Below, piece by piece: positions 39,375 through 50,477 of a DNA stretch of 64,000 nt (its first letter is position 1; every line of letters starts with the position of its first letter). Where the stretch lies: NCBI GenBank assembly GCA_016839805.1, contig JAEOTO010000022.1, positions 1 to 64,000 of the forward strand, written 5' to 3'. The DNA comes from Candidatus Hermodarchaeota archaeon. GTDB taxonomy: Archaea > Asgardarchaeota > Hermodarchaeia > Hermodarchaeales > Hermodarchaeaceae. The notes beneath the pieces are model-generated. The model saw only the letters and a program-made list of their open reading frames with translations, was not told the origin of the DNA and did no database searches. The position numbers and the translations under genes were made by a program.

Positions 39375-40163
39375 GTGAAAATTCAAGTCATACCCACCAC
39401 CTTCGCTTCGGAAGGTGAAATCATCCGGGGACATTTTGTCTTACCAAAGGGTTCGGGTCCATTTCCAGGAATCTGTAAGTATCACGGTCTCCCGGGGTCC
39501 TCAAATCAAGTTAGTGGTATTGCTTCAGAATTAGCAGTTGCGGGATTTGCGGTACTTACTTTCAACTTTCGCGGCTTTCGAACCAGTGAAGGGCGATTCA
39601 GCCTTGCTGGAGAAGTCAAAGATGCCCAAACCGCAATCACACACCTACTTGAATCCAAGTACATCACTGGTGACTGGATTGGCGTGTTTGGACCAAGTTA
39701 TGGTGGAGCCATTGCAGTGTTAGCTGCAGTTAGGGAACCTAGGATAAGTGCAGTAGGCATACGGGCCCCAGTTTATAATACACTGGAATTCGCGCAGTCC
39801 CCTATTTTTGACGCTGGAGTACAAGACCTGCTTCGAACTGCTCCCAAAGAAATGCATGGACTCACTGACCCCCAAGAACGTAAGAGAATAATCGAACAAC
39901 TGATCCATGAATCAAAAACACTCAATCCGATGACCGAAATCGCGAAAATCACACCCCGTCCACTTTTCATCATCACCGGCGATAAAGATCGAGGAATCCC
40001 TGTTGAGGGAGTTCGCCGCCTCTTTGCTAAAGCCCAGGAGCCGAAGGAATTGGTCATCATAAAAGGTGCAAACCACCATCTTTCCAATCCTCTCGCGTAT
40101 GAACAAACTACCGATGCCATCATCACATGGTTCAAACGTCAAGTCGAATTATCATTCCTGTGA
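39375..40163 (+). CDS. Alpha/beta hydrolase
   Basis: HGLPG, FNFRG..SEG, GPSYGG nucleophile elbow, GDKD, GANH; GTG start after GAGGA. Confidence 0.88.
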   Translation: MKIQVIPTTFASEGEIIRGHFVLPKGSGPFPGICKYHGLPGSSNQVSGIASELAVAGFAVLTFNFRGFRTSEGRFSLAGEVKDAQTAITHLLESKYITGDWIGVFGPSYGGAIAVLAAVREPRISAVGIRAPVYNTLEFAQSPIFDAGVQDLLRTAPKEMHGLTDPQERKRIIEQLIHESKTLNPMTEIAKITPRPLFIITGDKDRGIPVEGVRRLFAKAQEPKELVIIKGANHHLSNPLAYEQTTDAIITWFKRQVELSFL

Positions 40164-40301
40164 AGGATTTTTACCCGGATTAAACCTACTCATTCATTTC
40201 ATTTTTTGGCAAGTTCACTTATCAAGCGGTTCTTTTTCGCACCCATAAGTTTACGGAAGTTTTTAGGGGTGAACTTACCGCTTTTCCTATGGGTGATCGA
40301 C

Positions 40302-40457
40302 ATGAATCACTGTCCACACTGCGAACAGAAACTACCTAATCACGTTGAGGTATGTCCAACTTGTGGTACTCCAATCAGCAAACTCATCAAAGAACCTGAA
40401 TATCACGGCTTTCACTATCTCGTCATCAACCCAATAGAAATTCCTAATGATTGCTAA
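40302..40457 (+). CDS. Small zinc-ribbon protein (51 aa)
   Basis: MNHCPHC...CPTCGTP; GGGTGA RBS. Confidence 0.7.
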   Translation: MNHCPHCEQKLPNHVEVCPTCGTPISKLIKEPEYHGFHYLVINPIEIPNDC

Positions 40458-40468
40458 ATAAATGAGAA

Positions 40469-41773
40469 TTACGGATTAGCTTGCTGTGTAAGAGGAGAAG
40501 AAACAGGTTCAGTAGTTATTTCTTTCTGCAATAATATAGCCTGGGCTGCAATCCGGAGTTTGTCAAATTCCTCGTAATTCGAGATTGCTAACGGATTGTT
40601 TATTGGAAAGGGCAGACTTTCCACCACGGTTTTCGTCAAGTCATGCACAAAGAACCGACCCTTCGCAGTAACTTGGTTCCCCTCCACATTTCCAGTCAAC
40701 CTTAACAGAGATAGCACAAATTTGATGCTCCTCGGCATTTCCTGAATCACCTTAGGGTCCAATCGAAGGTTATACAATTCATGAGCAAATTTTCGCCAAT
40801 TCTCTGAGTTCTCGTCCACGGTTGTTCGGAATGCTTGTGACCTTCCATTCTGGAGCATATCTAAGTACAATGCTAACGGTGGGTTCACCATCTGCAATCC
40901 ACCCACCTTACTAAAGGCTGCAGCGCCAAATCCCAGATAATCAATCACCAGCTCATCTCGAGCTGAATCATAAATTTTCTTTGTCTTAGAAAACACCCAC
41001 ACATTTTCTCGGAAATAATTATGTCCAGCTAGAATCTGTCCGGCCTGTTCAATGAGATCAAACATACTCCGCGAATCCATTGCTGGAGCAACCCGAACCC
41101 CAGGGATCTCCATAAACGGATACGTAGTAATCTGTTGTGGGTTAATTATACCAATACGATCCACATCAAACAGAAAATCCTCACGTGATTGTTTGGGAAG
41201 CCCTACCATCAAATCCACATTCACTGTCAATCCTAACTCCTTCGCAAGATCCACAATGGATTGAATGTGGGCTTCATCTGCTTTTGCTCGGTTCACGTGC
41301 TGTAGCGTGTCTGGTTTTAAGGATTCGACGCCTGTGCTTAATTTCTCTATGCCTAGTTCGCGAACCTGTTGAAGATACTCCGGTGTAAACTGCAACGGAT
41401 TCCCCTCCATCCCAATATTCGCTAAATCGACATGTTCACGTAACGCGTTGAGAATGCGACCAATCTCTGTGGGGCTTAGCAAGTTGGGCGTTCCCCCGCC
41501 AATGTATACCCACTCCACCTTTCCTCCTACACCTCTGGTGTGAATTTCTTTTTCAATAGCCTTCAAGTAGAGGTCTTTCAGCTCTTTACGATAAACCACC
41601 TTATGAAACGGGCAAAACGCACAGAGTTGCTCACAAAAGGGCACGTGAATGTAGATTCCTACATGGTTCGTATAAATTTCATTCCAGTCGACAGCAGCAA
41701 AAGTAAACTTGATTTTGGAAAAGCTGTTAGCAAGTCGACGGTTGGCGATACGGTTCAACATGGTATTACTCAC
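40469..41773 (-). CDS. HemN/HemW-like radical SAM protein
   Basis: YIHVPFCEQLCAFCPF, YIGGGTP, GVES, DLMVGLP, YLGFG. Confidence 0.9.
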   Translation of the reverse strand: MSNTMLNRIANRRLANSFSKIKFTFAAVDWNEIYTNHVGIYIHVPFCEQLCAFCPFHKVVYRKELKDLYLKAIEKEIHTRGVGGKVEWVYIGGGTPNLLSPTEIGRILNALREHVDLANIGMEGNPLQFTPEYLQQVRELGIEKLSTGVESLKPDTLQHVNRAKADEAHIQSIVDLAKELGLTVNVDLMVGLPKQSREDFLFDVDRIGIINPQQITTYPFMEIPGVRVAPAMDSRSMFDLIEQAGQILAGHNYFRENVWVFSKTKKIYDSARDELVIDYLGFGAAAFSKVGGLQMVNPPLALYLDMLQNGRSQAFRTTVDENSENWRKFAHELYNLRLDPKVIQEMPRSIKFVLSLLRLTGNVEGNQVTAKGRFFVHDLTKTVVESLPFPINNPLAISNYEEFDKLRIAAQAILLQKEITTEPVSSPLTQQANP

Positions 41774-41810
41774 AGCTAAAAAAGTAATACTGATATCATA
41801 TAAATATTAC
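41763..41810. promoter_or_regulatory. Putative NikR operator (two overlapping palindromes)
   Basis: GTATTACT-N12-AGTAATAC (41763-41790) and GTAATA-N15-TATTAC (41784-41810), between the divergent radical SAM gene and nikR. Confidence 0.65.
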
Positions 41811-41848
41811 AGTCCTTACCATAGAGCACTCAACTGAAGTGATGCTTT

Positions 41849-42289
41849 ATGTCAAAATCTGGTGTCGCCCGTATCAGTATCTCCCTCCCCCCGGGTCTGC
41901 TTGAAGAATTTGATCGAGTAACTTCAAATATCGGATATGATCGCTCTAAGGCAATTCAACAAGCAATGCGGGATTTTGTATCAGAGTATCGGTGGGAATA
42001 TGATAAGTTAGCCTCGGCGGTGGGAACAATCACGATTATTTTCGATCATGATATTCCTGGATTAGAGGGTGAACTTACAAGTATTCAGCATCAACATACT
42101 GACCTCATTACTTCAGCGACACATATTCACTTGGATAGTCATCATTGTCTCTTAGTAATCGTGGTGAAAGGAGAGGCATCAAAAATTAAGGGGTTGGCAA
42201 CTCAATTACAGAGTTTGCGGGGTATTCATCAGTTGAAGATTACAAGTATGATGGATGAGGGGTCTGCCAAAAGCCCTCATTCCCATTAA
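41849..42289 (+). CDS. nikR: Nickel-responsive regulator NikR
   Basis: RISISLP...FD...GY.RSKAI..AMRD ribbon-helix-helix; QH..., THIHLD..HC Ni ligands. Confidence 0.93.
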   Translation: MSKSGVARISISLPPGLLEEFDRVTSNIGYDRSKAIQQAMRDFVSEYRWEYDKLASAVGTITIIFDHDIPGLEGELTSIQHQHTDLITSATHIHLDSHHCLLVIVVKGEASKIKGLATQLQSLRGIHQLKITSMMDEGSAKSPHSH

Positions 42290-42382
42290 TCATTCAGGTA
42301 TTAGAGTAACTATAAACACAATGTCTGGGTGCTTTTCACTCTACGAACAATTTAGGTTTCATACTTTGATTAACAGGATTAG

Positions 42383-42778
42383 TTAAAGCCTTGACCACGC
42401 CCGTTGCACTGCTTCTCCTGTCATCTCGATTACGGGTTGCATCTTATCAGCTGGAGCAAATCCAAGTTCCGGAGCGATTTTCATAATTGATGTATGTGAC
42501 ACGTACACTTCCCTTGCTTCTTCATAGACAACAAAACTACACGGAAATAGGAGTCCTACATTGAATGAAACATCCAGTGCTGCTTTAGCAAATTTCGGTC
42601 CACAAACGCAAATCATCATGAAACGCGGATAATCTTTGACTCCTAATTTTTGTTCGAAAATCGTATGAAGCGATTTGCTTGCTAGTAATCCAAATCCTTC
42701 TTCTTGCACAATCTTCTCCACGTGTCTTACCGCCTCATCAAAATCCATGTTAAGTTTTTTCTTCAGAATCTCAACCAT
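42383..42778 (-). CDS. DUF302 domain protein
   Basis: FDEA...EEGFG, VCGPKFA..AL, GLLFPC..VVYE. Confidence 0.85.
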   Translation of the reverse strand: MVEILKKKLNMDFDEAVRHVEKIVQEEGFGLLASKSLHTIFEQKLGVKDYPRFMMICVCGPKFAKAALDVSFNVGLLFPCSFVVYEEAREVYVSHTSIMKIAPELGFAPADKMQPVIEMTGEAVQRAWSRL

Positions 42779-42795
42779 TTCAAACCACTTTAATG

Positions 42796-43149
42796 CTACT
42801 TTGTAAACTCATCAATTGCTTTGAGTGCATAATGAGTGGACATCAGGGAGTGCCCACCACCTACCATAGCTGCAACCTGGCACGCTTCCAGTATTTCTTC
42901 TCGGTTAGCACCCGCTTCCATGGCGCGTTTCACATGCCATGCTGTGCAGAACTGGCATTGAATATACACTGAGATAGCTATTCCGATTATTTCCTTGATC
43001 TTTTTCGATAACACGCCATCAGCTTTTACGCTTTCCATGAATGTTTGAAATCCTTTCATGGCTTTGGGATTAAATTGTCCTAAGGCTTTGAGAGTCTTGC
43101 CGGCAGTCAAGAAATATTCGTTCATATCATCATCCAATGATATCACCAC
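42796..43149 (-). CDS. Carboxymuconolactone decarboxylase/AhpD-like protein
   Basis: GVLSKKIKEII..AISV..QCQFC..WH...A..AGA.REEILEA. Confidence 0.88.
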   Translation of the reverse strand: MVISLDDDMNEYFLTAGKTLKALGQFNPKAMKGFQTFMESVKADGVLSKKIKEIIGIAISVYIQCQFCTAWHVKRAMEAGANREEILEACQVAAMVGGGHSLMSTHYALKAIDEFTK

Positions 43150-43291
43150 TATTTGCTCGAATAGTAATATCGCGTTCTTAGTGATTATAAGAGGTTGGGT
43201 TTACCAAACCGAGGAAGTGGTTGAGGAATTGGCATGCCACCAGAAAAACTCTTGAAGCTTAACGCTTTGCTGTCTATTTGGAAGAGATCCT

Positions 43292-44041
43292 GTGGATGAC
43301 CGAGAGCAAGACAAACCCGTGGCCCTGGAGGCATACGAATTGATGGCAGAAGAATACAACAAGAGAGTACCAACAAAAGATTATAATGCCTTTCTTGAAC
43401 GCCCTGCCACCTTATCACTTCTGCCCGATATCAAAAGCAAACACGTTTTGGATGCAGGCTGTGGACCTGCAATATATGCTGAAATCTTCCTTAACCGAGG
43501 GGCAAAGGTCACAGCGATTGATGTTAGTCCCAAAATGATTCACTTCGCGAAAGAACGTTTAGGGAATCATGCCACAATACGACAAGCCAATCTTGAAGAA
43601 CCCCTAGATTTTTTGTCAGACAAGACAGTGGATCTTGTCTTCTCTTCGCTCGTGTTGGACTATGTCAAAGATTGGGATTCCCTCTTTGCCGAATTTTCCC
43701 GTATACTCCGCGACGATGGGTATTTCATCTTCTCCACAGAACATCCGTTTAGCAAATTCACATACAAAGATCATCCACGGTGTGAGGTTTTACCAAAAAA
43801 CTACTTCGAGACTGAATATGTCGAATTCACATGGACAGGATTTGGTAAGGCGATTCTCGTTCCGTCATACCGCAGGCCATTAGGTACATTCTTTGAGTGC
43901 CTACATACGGCAGGATTTTGCGTAGAGAAACTCATTGAACCTCGTCCAACTGAAGACTTCAAACGTCAGAATCCAGATGGTTATCAAAAAGCTTCTCGTA
44001 ATCCTAGTTTTCTTTGCATTCGGGCCCGAAAAACGCTATGA
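43292..44041 (+). CDS. Class I SAM-dependent methyltransferase
   Basis: [29 protein letters not shown]. Confidence 0.88.
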   Translation: MDDREQDKPVALEAYELMAEEYNKRVPTKDYNAFLERPATLSLLPDIKSKHVLDAGCGPAIYAEIFLNRGAKVTAIDVSPKMIHFAKERLGNHATIRQANLEEPLDFLSDKTVDLVFSSLVLDYVKDWDSLFAEFSRILRDDGYFIFSTEHPFSKFTYKDHPRCEVLPKNYFETEYVEFTWTGFGKAILVPSYRRPLGTFFECLHTAGFCVEKLIEPRPTEDFKRQNPDGYQKASRNPSFLCIRARKTL

Positions 44042-46135
44042 ACGCAGGATCTCTAACATTTTCTGGGTGTCGGTTGTTGGGTTTTGGCATACATGATTTG
44101 AACAAATATACGCAGTTGGCTTACCGTCAAGAGCTGTGTAATCTTTGACAAACGGTGCTAGCTGTACTATATGCTCAGCTCTATCATCTGTCGGAATTAG
44201 AAGGCTTACCTTATTGGGAATGAACTGGTCATTGATGGCTTTTATCATCGTCTGAGTGTCATCTGCTGCAGGATCGCCAACAATGACGATTTCAAAACTT
44301 GGACCAACTGCAAAATCCACGCTGCTAATCATTAGTGTGAACCCGGGTGGAGCACTAAGCACATCGCCCGCAAAGGCTTGACCAATCTTTGTTGCCTTCG
44401 ACTCAAGTTCCGATTCAGCAGTGAGCCGAGCGATTCGGAGGAGATTCATCATGGCAACAGAGTTACCCGACGGGATGGCTCCATCATAGGCGTCTTTCTT
44501 GCGAACCAACAGATCTTCTGCATCATCCGCTGTGAAGAAGAATCCACCATGGTTTTCATCCCAAAAATGAGTCAACAGTTCTGTGTTCAAATCAATGACC
44601 TTCTGCAAATACTCAGGTTCCAGGGTTGTTTCATAGAGTTCTAGTAATCCCCAAATCATGAAAGCGTAATCGTCAAGAAAGGCGGGAATTGCCGCTTCGC
44701 CATCTCGATATCGATGAAGCAGCCGCCCTTCCTCGTTCTGCATTTGGGTTAACACAAAAGTTGTGGCGCGTTTCGCTGCTTCGATAAAGGAAGGCTCATC
44801 TAGGACCCTTGCTGCCTTAGCCAATGCCGCAATCATGAGGCCATTCCAGTCAGTAAGAATCTTGTCATCCTTATGGGGATGAATACGCTGTTCTCTCACT
44901 GCGAAAAGTTTCTCTCGAGCTCCCTCCAGAATTTGTAGGAAGGCTTTCGCCGTCATCTTCTGCGCTTTTGCCTCTGCTGCCAACGAATTTTGAAGGTGCG
45001 GAATGTTCGTACCCATCCGTTTTCCCGTCGCTTCTTCCAAGAAATTTCCGTCAGCTGTGAGATTATATACCCTCAGATACGCATCTGCTTCCTTTTTTGA
45101 TAACACCTTACGGACTTCTTTCACAGTCCACACGTAAAACTTCCCTTCTTCACCTTCACTATCCGCATCCTCAGCTGAATAAAAGCCCCCTTCAGGACTC
45201 GTCATATCCCGGCTCACATAGGTTATGATTTCTCGCACTGTTTGACCATATTCGTCTTTTTTCGTTGCCTGATAGGCTTCAGCATATGCCATCGTCAACA
45301 TCGCTTGATCATACAACATCTTCTCAAAATGTGGAAGCAACCACTTCGGATCCGTGGAATAGCGATGAAACCCGAATCCCACATGGTCAAAGATGCCACC
45401 CAACCGCATCGCCTGCAAAGTTTTTTCTACCATCCGCAGAGCGTCACCGTTTTGTGTGCGTTTCCAATACCGGAGTAAGAACAGAAGATTATGTGGAGAA
45501 GGAAATTTTGGACGAAAACCAAATCCTCCATACTGTTCATCAAACCTCTCCTTCAATCGATCAAATGCTAATTCCAAGACCCCTTCCTCTAACTGGGCGC
45601 CAGACGATCCCTGAGCTGAAGTCTCGAGGCTTTCTTGGATATTCTTAGAAATGGTGTCCAAGCGTTTGCGGTCCTGCTTCCATAATCGTTGGATTTCCGG
45701 AATTAACTCATCCATTCCAATGCGACCAAACCGCGATTCCGGTGGGATATACGTCGCAGCAAAAAATGGTCGCTTGTCCGGTGTCATAATAATCGTTAAC
45801 GGCCAACCTCCACTCCCGGTCATCATCTGAGCAACCGACATATAAAGTGAATCAATATCAGGGCGCTCCTCTCGATCTACCTTGATATTGACAAAGGCAT
45901 TATTCATTAGCTTTGCAATGCGTGGGTTTTCAAAGGATTCTCTTTCCATGACATGGCACCAATGACAGGTGCTGTAGCCAATGGAAAGGAAAATGGGTTT
46001 ATCCTCTTTCTTGGCCGCTGTAAATGCCTTGTCACCCCAAGGAAACCAATCCACAGGGTTGTATGCATGTTGTAAAAGATAGGGGCTCTTCTCATGAAAA
46101 AGCTGGTTCGTGTGGTTTTTCGTTTTCTTTTTCAT
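44036..46135 (-). CDS. YyaL/SPATA20-like thioredoxin-domain protein (DUF255)
   Basis: [59 protein letters not shown]. Confidence 0.95.
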   Translation of the reverse strand: MKKKTKNHTNQLFHEKSPYLLQHAYNPVDWFPWGDKAFTAAKKEDKPIFLSIGYSTCHWCHVMERESFENPRIAKLMNNAFVNIKVDREERPDIDSLYMSVAQMMTGSGGWPLTIIMTPDKRPFFAATYIPPESRFGRIGMDELIPEIQRLWKQDRKRLDTISKNIQESLETSAQGSSGAQLEEGVLELAFDRLKERFDEQYGGFGFRPKFPSPHNLLFLLRYWKRTQNGDALRMVEKTLQAMRLGGIFDHVGFGFHRYSTDPKWLLPHFEKMLYDQAMLTMAYAEAYQATKKDEYGQTVREIITYVSRDMTSPEGGFYSAEDADSEGEEGKFYVWTVKEVRKVLSKKEADAYLRVYNLTADGNFLEEATGKRMGTNIPHLQNSLAAEAKAQKMTAKAFLQILEGAREKLFAVREQRIHPHKDDKILTDWNGLMIAALAKAARVLDEPSFIEAAKRATTFVLTQMQNEEGRLLHRYRDGEAAIPAFLDDYAFMIWGLLELYETTLEPEYLQKVIDLNTELLTHFWDENHGGFFFTADDAEDLLVRKKDAYDGAIPSGNSVAMMNLLRIARLTAESELESKATKIGQAFAGDVLSAPPGFTLMISSVDFAVGPSFEIVIVGDPAADDTQTMIKAINDQFIPNKVSLLIPTDDRAEHIVQLAPFVKDYTALDGKPTAYICSNHVCQNPTTDTQKMLEILRS

Positions 46136-46286
46136 ATACTCAATTCCCAAGATGAGAATCGGGTGTTCGTTTTTTTATACTAGCGTTTTACTAATACTGA
46201 TTCCCGGCAAAAATACCATTTTCTAGCCTATCGAGGTTATGCCGGCACTCAAAAATATGATATCAGTGACATAATAGTTACAGGAA

Positions 46287-46841
46287 GTGAGTTTGATGTC
46301 GGAGTATCTGTTATTAACTGTGTATCGTCGATACTTAGAAGCTAATGGGTATGAGGTCGAACAAAAGGCTACAATCACTGGCGGGGTAATCGTTGATATT
46401 CTCGCTAGGTCTGAAAACCGAACGTTATTGGTTGAGGCGAAATGGATTCGTAGCCCTGGAGATGCTTATGAAGCCGTTGGACGTGCTGTTCAAGACAAAG
46501 TAGCTATGCCTGAGGGGACTCCCGTTGTCGTTATTCCAATTGGAGTAGCTTCAGAAGAAATCCGTAAACGCATTTTAGGTGCCTGTTACAAGTATGGTAT
46601 AGAAATTCATTATATTGCTGTGAATGAACGGGAAGTGTTTCCCGACTACTTAACAACGCAAGTGTATCCTGCCATTCAATCTCTTATTCAACAAGCACGA
46701 AATCTATTCGAAAAAGGGCTTTCTCGACCTCAAATCAAAGCGGTTCACACTCTTCTTACAACGTTTCAAGCCATCGAAGAACCACCCGAACTTATCGATG
46801 ATTTGAACAATGTGTTAGGCGAACTGATACCTGGAAAATAG
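46287..46841 (+). CDS. PD-(D/E)XK restriction-endonuclease-like protein
   Basis: GYEVE...VDILA...LLVEAK; no cognate DNA methyltransferase adjacent. Confidence 0.65.
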   Translation: MSLMSEYLLLTVYRRYLEANGYEVEQKATITGGVIVDILARSENRTLLVEAKWIRSPGDAYEAVGRAVQDKVAMPEGTPVVVIPIGVASEEIRKRILGACYKYGIEIHYIAVNEREVFPDYLTTQVYPAIQSLIQQARNLFEKGLSRPQIKAVHTLLTTFQAIEEPPELIDDLNNVLGELIPGK

Positions 46842-46935
46842 GCTTCCACTCATTGATCATGCAAATTATTCTGGTATAATACTTTCCAGCTTGGCAAACA
46901 GCTAGTTATTTGATTAGATGCTGGTTAAACGAGAG

Positions 46936-47862
46936 TTATAAGCGCTTTCCTTGGGTTTCTAATTGCTTAGCAATCCAGGTCTTCAGACTTCTTTTCGCTG
47001 GGATTTTTTTGTACCACTCGGGCTCTTCATAAAATCCTTCATGGCGAACTGTAATGAGTTCTTCTAGCGTGGATGGACGCGTATCAGACATGTCCTCTGC
47101 AAAGAGATGGAGTGGATAATTGTACGTGGGGGGTAGTTCTTGGAGTTCATCGGTTGGAAACATGGAGAGAATCACTCCAGAAAGTGCAGCCTGGTGGACA
47201 AAGATTTCGTATCGTTTGTCTTGTTGATAGAACTCCTGGCATGCTGGTTTCTGATACAGTTCGAAGAAGGTATCGTGCCATATTCGGAATAATCGGTTCG
47301 TGGGACGTGTAATGAGAAAACCCGCATTGAAGTATGGGCGCACTTGCGTCGCGTCGACATGCGTTACCATGGGAAAAACGCGGTCTTGTGGTACCTGGCA
47401 AGAACGATAGATTTGGGTCCAAAATGGGTCCAGCGGTTCATCATATCGGGATCCAATTAAAGTGTGATGAACGGGGCGATATCCCAGACTTTTTTCATCG
47501 GGTAGGAGAAGGTCCTTGGGTTCATTTAGGACAAGTGTATTGGCATCCAGCCAGGCTAACAATGCCGTATCTCTCTCCGCCATGGATTCTGCGAAGGCAA
47601 TAACTTGTATTGTGTCCGCGAAAAAGAACGGCAGCTTAGATTCATCAAGTTCAAATGAAATAAGTTGGGCATCAAGGGCTTGTAATCTCTCTTTGGTGCT
47701 GGTTGAGAGTTGCTGGGAGGATTCGGGTGTGAAAACCCAAATGGGTGTTTCTGATAAGGTTCCGGCAAAGGTCCGAATGCTTTCGACAAGAAGCAGTGTA
47801 TTGGTTTCCGAACTTTTTTGGGGGAAAGTGATGGTTGTGAAGATGAGTTGTTCGGGCATCAT
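46936..47862 (-). CDS. Hypothetical protein, GT-A (GT8-like) glycosyltransferase fold
   Basis: LLVESIR, AWLDANTLV (DxD-like), YFNAGF, QAALS, LPPTYNYP. Confidence 0.55.
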   Translation of the reverse strand: MMPEQLIFTTITFPQKSSETNTLLLVESIRTFAGTLSETPIWVFTPESSQQLSTSTKERLQALDAQLISFELDESKLPFFFADTIQVIAFAESMAERDTALLAWLDANTLVLNEPKDLLLPDEKSLGYRPVHHTLIGSRYDEPLDPFWTQIYRSCQVPQDRVFPMVTHVDATQVRPYFNAGFLITRPTNRLFRIWHDTFFELYQKPACQEFYQQDKRYEIFVHQAALSGVILSMFPTDELQELPPTYNYPLHLFAEDMSDTRPSTLEELITVRHEGFYEEPEWYKKIPAKRSLKTWIAKQLETQGKRL

Positions 47863-47956
47863 CAGAATGACCGATATAATTCGTCTCCGCCTCTTCTTTA
47901 ATTAAACCCAAAGGTCAATATAGGGTTTCAAGGCAACTTTGCACTTGAGGGTTTTT

Positions 47957-49579
47957 ATGGAAAAGACTGCGTCTGAAGTTCTGGTTGATCAGCTAGCTAA
48001 GGCAGGTGTGAAATACATCTTTGGGATTCCAGGTCACAGCATCTTAGGTGTTGTTGAGGCGCTTCGAACTAATGATGATGTTACGTTTGTCACAGTTCGG
48101 CATGAGGAAACCGCCTCTCTGATGGCATCAGCTTATGCAAAGCTTACTGATGAATTGTGCGGCTGTCTTTCCATCGCTGGTCCCGGTGCAACTAATCTCA
48201 TGACGGGGCTGTATGATGCGAAAATGGATCGGGCGCCTGTTCTAGCCATCACTGGTCAGGTGGCGTTACAATTTCTCCGGCGAGATGTACTACAGGAAAT
48301 TGATCAGCATGACCTATTCGAATCGGTTTCGCTCTTCAACAAGGTCATTACGACTGCCAAAGAAACTTCTGAAATCACGCTCCTCGCAGTGAAGAATGCT
48401 GTTGTTCACCATGGTGTATCGCACCTGGGTGTCCCAATGGACATTCAAAATGCAAAAACCAAAGTTATGGCTAAGCCAGTTGAAGGTCGCTGGCCTGTTC
48501 ACCGTTCACGACCTCCAAAAGATCTAATTGAGAAAGCTACAGATCTCGTCAATGCCGCTGATTCCCCCATGATCATTACTGGATGGGGCGCACATTATGC
48601 TCCCGAAACTGTGTTACAATTAGCTGAGAAAATCGACGCACCAATTGCCACCACCTTCAAGGCGAAAGGTTTGATTTCAGAGTTCCATCCCCAATCGGTC
48701 GGTGTGCATGGCTCCGTGGGATGGAGTTCGGCTCGTAAAGCTGCTCAACGGGCAGATCTATTAATAGTGTTGGGCAGTTCCTTTTCGCAACAAACAGCAC
48801 TTCCTCCTTCCAAACCGATACTCCAAGTTGATTACGATCCTTTAGTGATCGGAAAACGCTTTCCAGTCAAACTAGGACTTTGGGCGAGTGTGGAAGACAC
48901 CCTTCCCGAGCTCATATCTAAAGTTAATGAAAAAAATAACGAAGAGACACTCCGCTTCATCAAAGATGCTAAAGATGAATGGATGCAAAAAATCGAGCAG
49001 ATGACATCATCTGATCAAGTTCCAATTCATCCCGCTCGGATTCTTAAGGCCCTTCAATCGACCATACCCGATGATGCCATCGTCTCAATTGATGTTGGTG
49101 ATAATTCATACTGGTTCGGAAAATACTTCCAAATGAAGAGTACCCAAAACCTCCTTATTTCAGGTTATCTGGCCACTATGGGATTTGGGTTCGCTGGTGC
49201 CATTGGTACAGCTTTTGCCCATCCTCAGCGAAAATCCATCAGTTTAACAGGTGATGGTGCTTTCGCCATGCTCATGGCTGACTTTACCACAGCTGTAAAA
49301 CATAACTTACCCGTAATCGTGGTTGTATACAATAATAGTGAACTCTCGATGATCACTCATGAACAAGCTCTCGAAAAGTTCCCCAAATATGCAACAGAGT
49401 TCATCAACCCGGATTTCGCCAAATTCGCTGAAAACAGTGGAGGAATCGGTTATCGGGTCACCGATCCAACTGAATTGGCTCCCGCATTCGCAGGTGCATT
49501 CAAAGCCAAAAAACCTGTGATTATTGACGTTGTTACGGATCCCACGCAGTTCTGGATGGAACGCGGTCAGAAGCTCTAA
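47957..49579 (+). CDS. Thiamine pyrophosphate enzyme (pyruvate oxidase/acetolactate synthase family)
   Basis: FGIPG, RHEETA, GPGATN, DVGD, GYLATMG, GDGAF..NN. Confidence 0.9.
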   Translation: MEKTASEVLVDQLAKAGVKYIFGIPGHSILGVVEALRTNDDVTFVTVRHEETASLMASAYAKLTDELCGCLSIAGPGATNLMTGLYDAKMDRAPVLAITGQVALQFLRRDVLQEIDQHDLFESVSLFNKVITTAKETSEITLLAVKNAVVHHGVSHLGVPMDIQNAKTKVMAKPVEGRWPVHRSRPPKDLIEKATDLVNAADSPMIITGWGAHYAPETVLQLAEKIDAPIATTFKAKGLISEFHPQSVGVHGSVGWSSARKAAQRADLLIVLGSSFSQQTALPPSKPILQVDYDPLVIGKRFPVKLGLWASVEDTLPELISKVNEKNNEETLRFIKDAKDEWMQKIEQMTSSDQVPIHPARILKALQSTIPDDAIVSIDVGDNSYWFGKYFQMKSTQNLLISGYLATMGFGFAGAIGTAFAHPQRKSISLTGDGAFAMLMADFTTAVKHNLPVIVVVYNNSELSMITHEQALEKFPKYATEFINPDFAKFAENSGGIGYRVTDPTELAPAFAGAFKAKKPVIIDVVTDPTQFWMERGQKL

Positions 49580-49595
49580 TTCCAATTGGATTTAA

Positions 49596-50378
49596 TCATT
49601 GAAATGTGAATGATGTTCCTGATCCATTCTCCCGGTACGCTTCTTCCCCTACAACACTACGTATTCCTGCTTTCGCTTCCTTGCTTGTACAATGGCAAGG
49701 GGAAACTAACCTAAGCTCCTCTTTCACGAAAAGCTCTCCCACCTTTATTCCCTCCTCTTCGGTTTTCAGATGGAAGCCACCAATCATTGCTTGCAGGGGA
49801 CGACCTGGAAATACCTTCTTCGATGATTTAATCATTGGTCCCACTTTGGGATGTGCACACCCTGTCAAAAGCACGAGTCCATATGATTCCACGTTAATGA
49901 CAAGTCCCTGTTCTTTGAGCCTGGCTGATCCTAAGGAACCAGTCGTGGCTACCCCCGACCGAATCATTTTACTTTCCTCTGCAACCTGACTTCGCACATG
50001 CAATTCACTAAGTGTGTGTTCAATCGTATCATGATGGGCTGGTAGATACACCACAAGGTCCCTATGTCCGATAAGTTCCAAAGCAGGTTCAAGAGCACCA
50101 AAATGATCATGATGAAAATGGCTGATAACCACTGCCCGAAGATTTGCAAAGTCCATATTCAAAGCTTGAGTATTATGGCGAAAAACTTGAGCACTGCCAC
50201 TAGTGTCCATGAGGATCGCTTCACTCCGGCCCGGAAATTGTACTTCAATGTGCAGGGAAAGCCCGTGAACGCTACTGAAGCTAGATTGGGCAGATTGGTT
50301 ATCCACCAATGTAGTTACAATGACGCCCAGTACCTCTTCACTGATTGTTTCAGTTGCCATTGCTGTTTCTAAAGCCAT
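49596..50378 (-). CDS. MBL-fold metallo-hydrolase
   Basis: HGLS, SHFHHDHFG, TGCAHP, GGFH, PCHCT. Confidence 0.88.
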   Translation of the reverse strand: MALETAMATETISEEVLGVIVTTLVDNQSAQSSFSSVHGLSLHIEVQFPGRSEAILMDTSGSAQVFRHNTQALNMDFANLRAVVISHFHHDHFGALEPALELIGHRDLVVYLPAHHDTIEHTLSELHVRSQVAEESKMIRSGVATTGSLGSARLKEQGLVINVESYGLVLLTGCAHPKVGPMIKSSKKVFPGRPLQAMIGGFHLKTEEEGIKVGELFVKEELRLVSPCHCTSKEAKAGIRSVVGEEAYRENGSGTSFTFQ

Positions 50379-50477
50379 CTACATCTACCCCAGCACTTTT
50401 TCGTCCTAGCCTTCTTAATCCTTCTGTTCCCCCTCTAAACAGAATCGAAGGTAACCATCTATTATTTCCATCATTGG

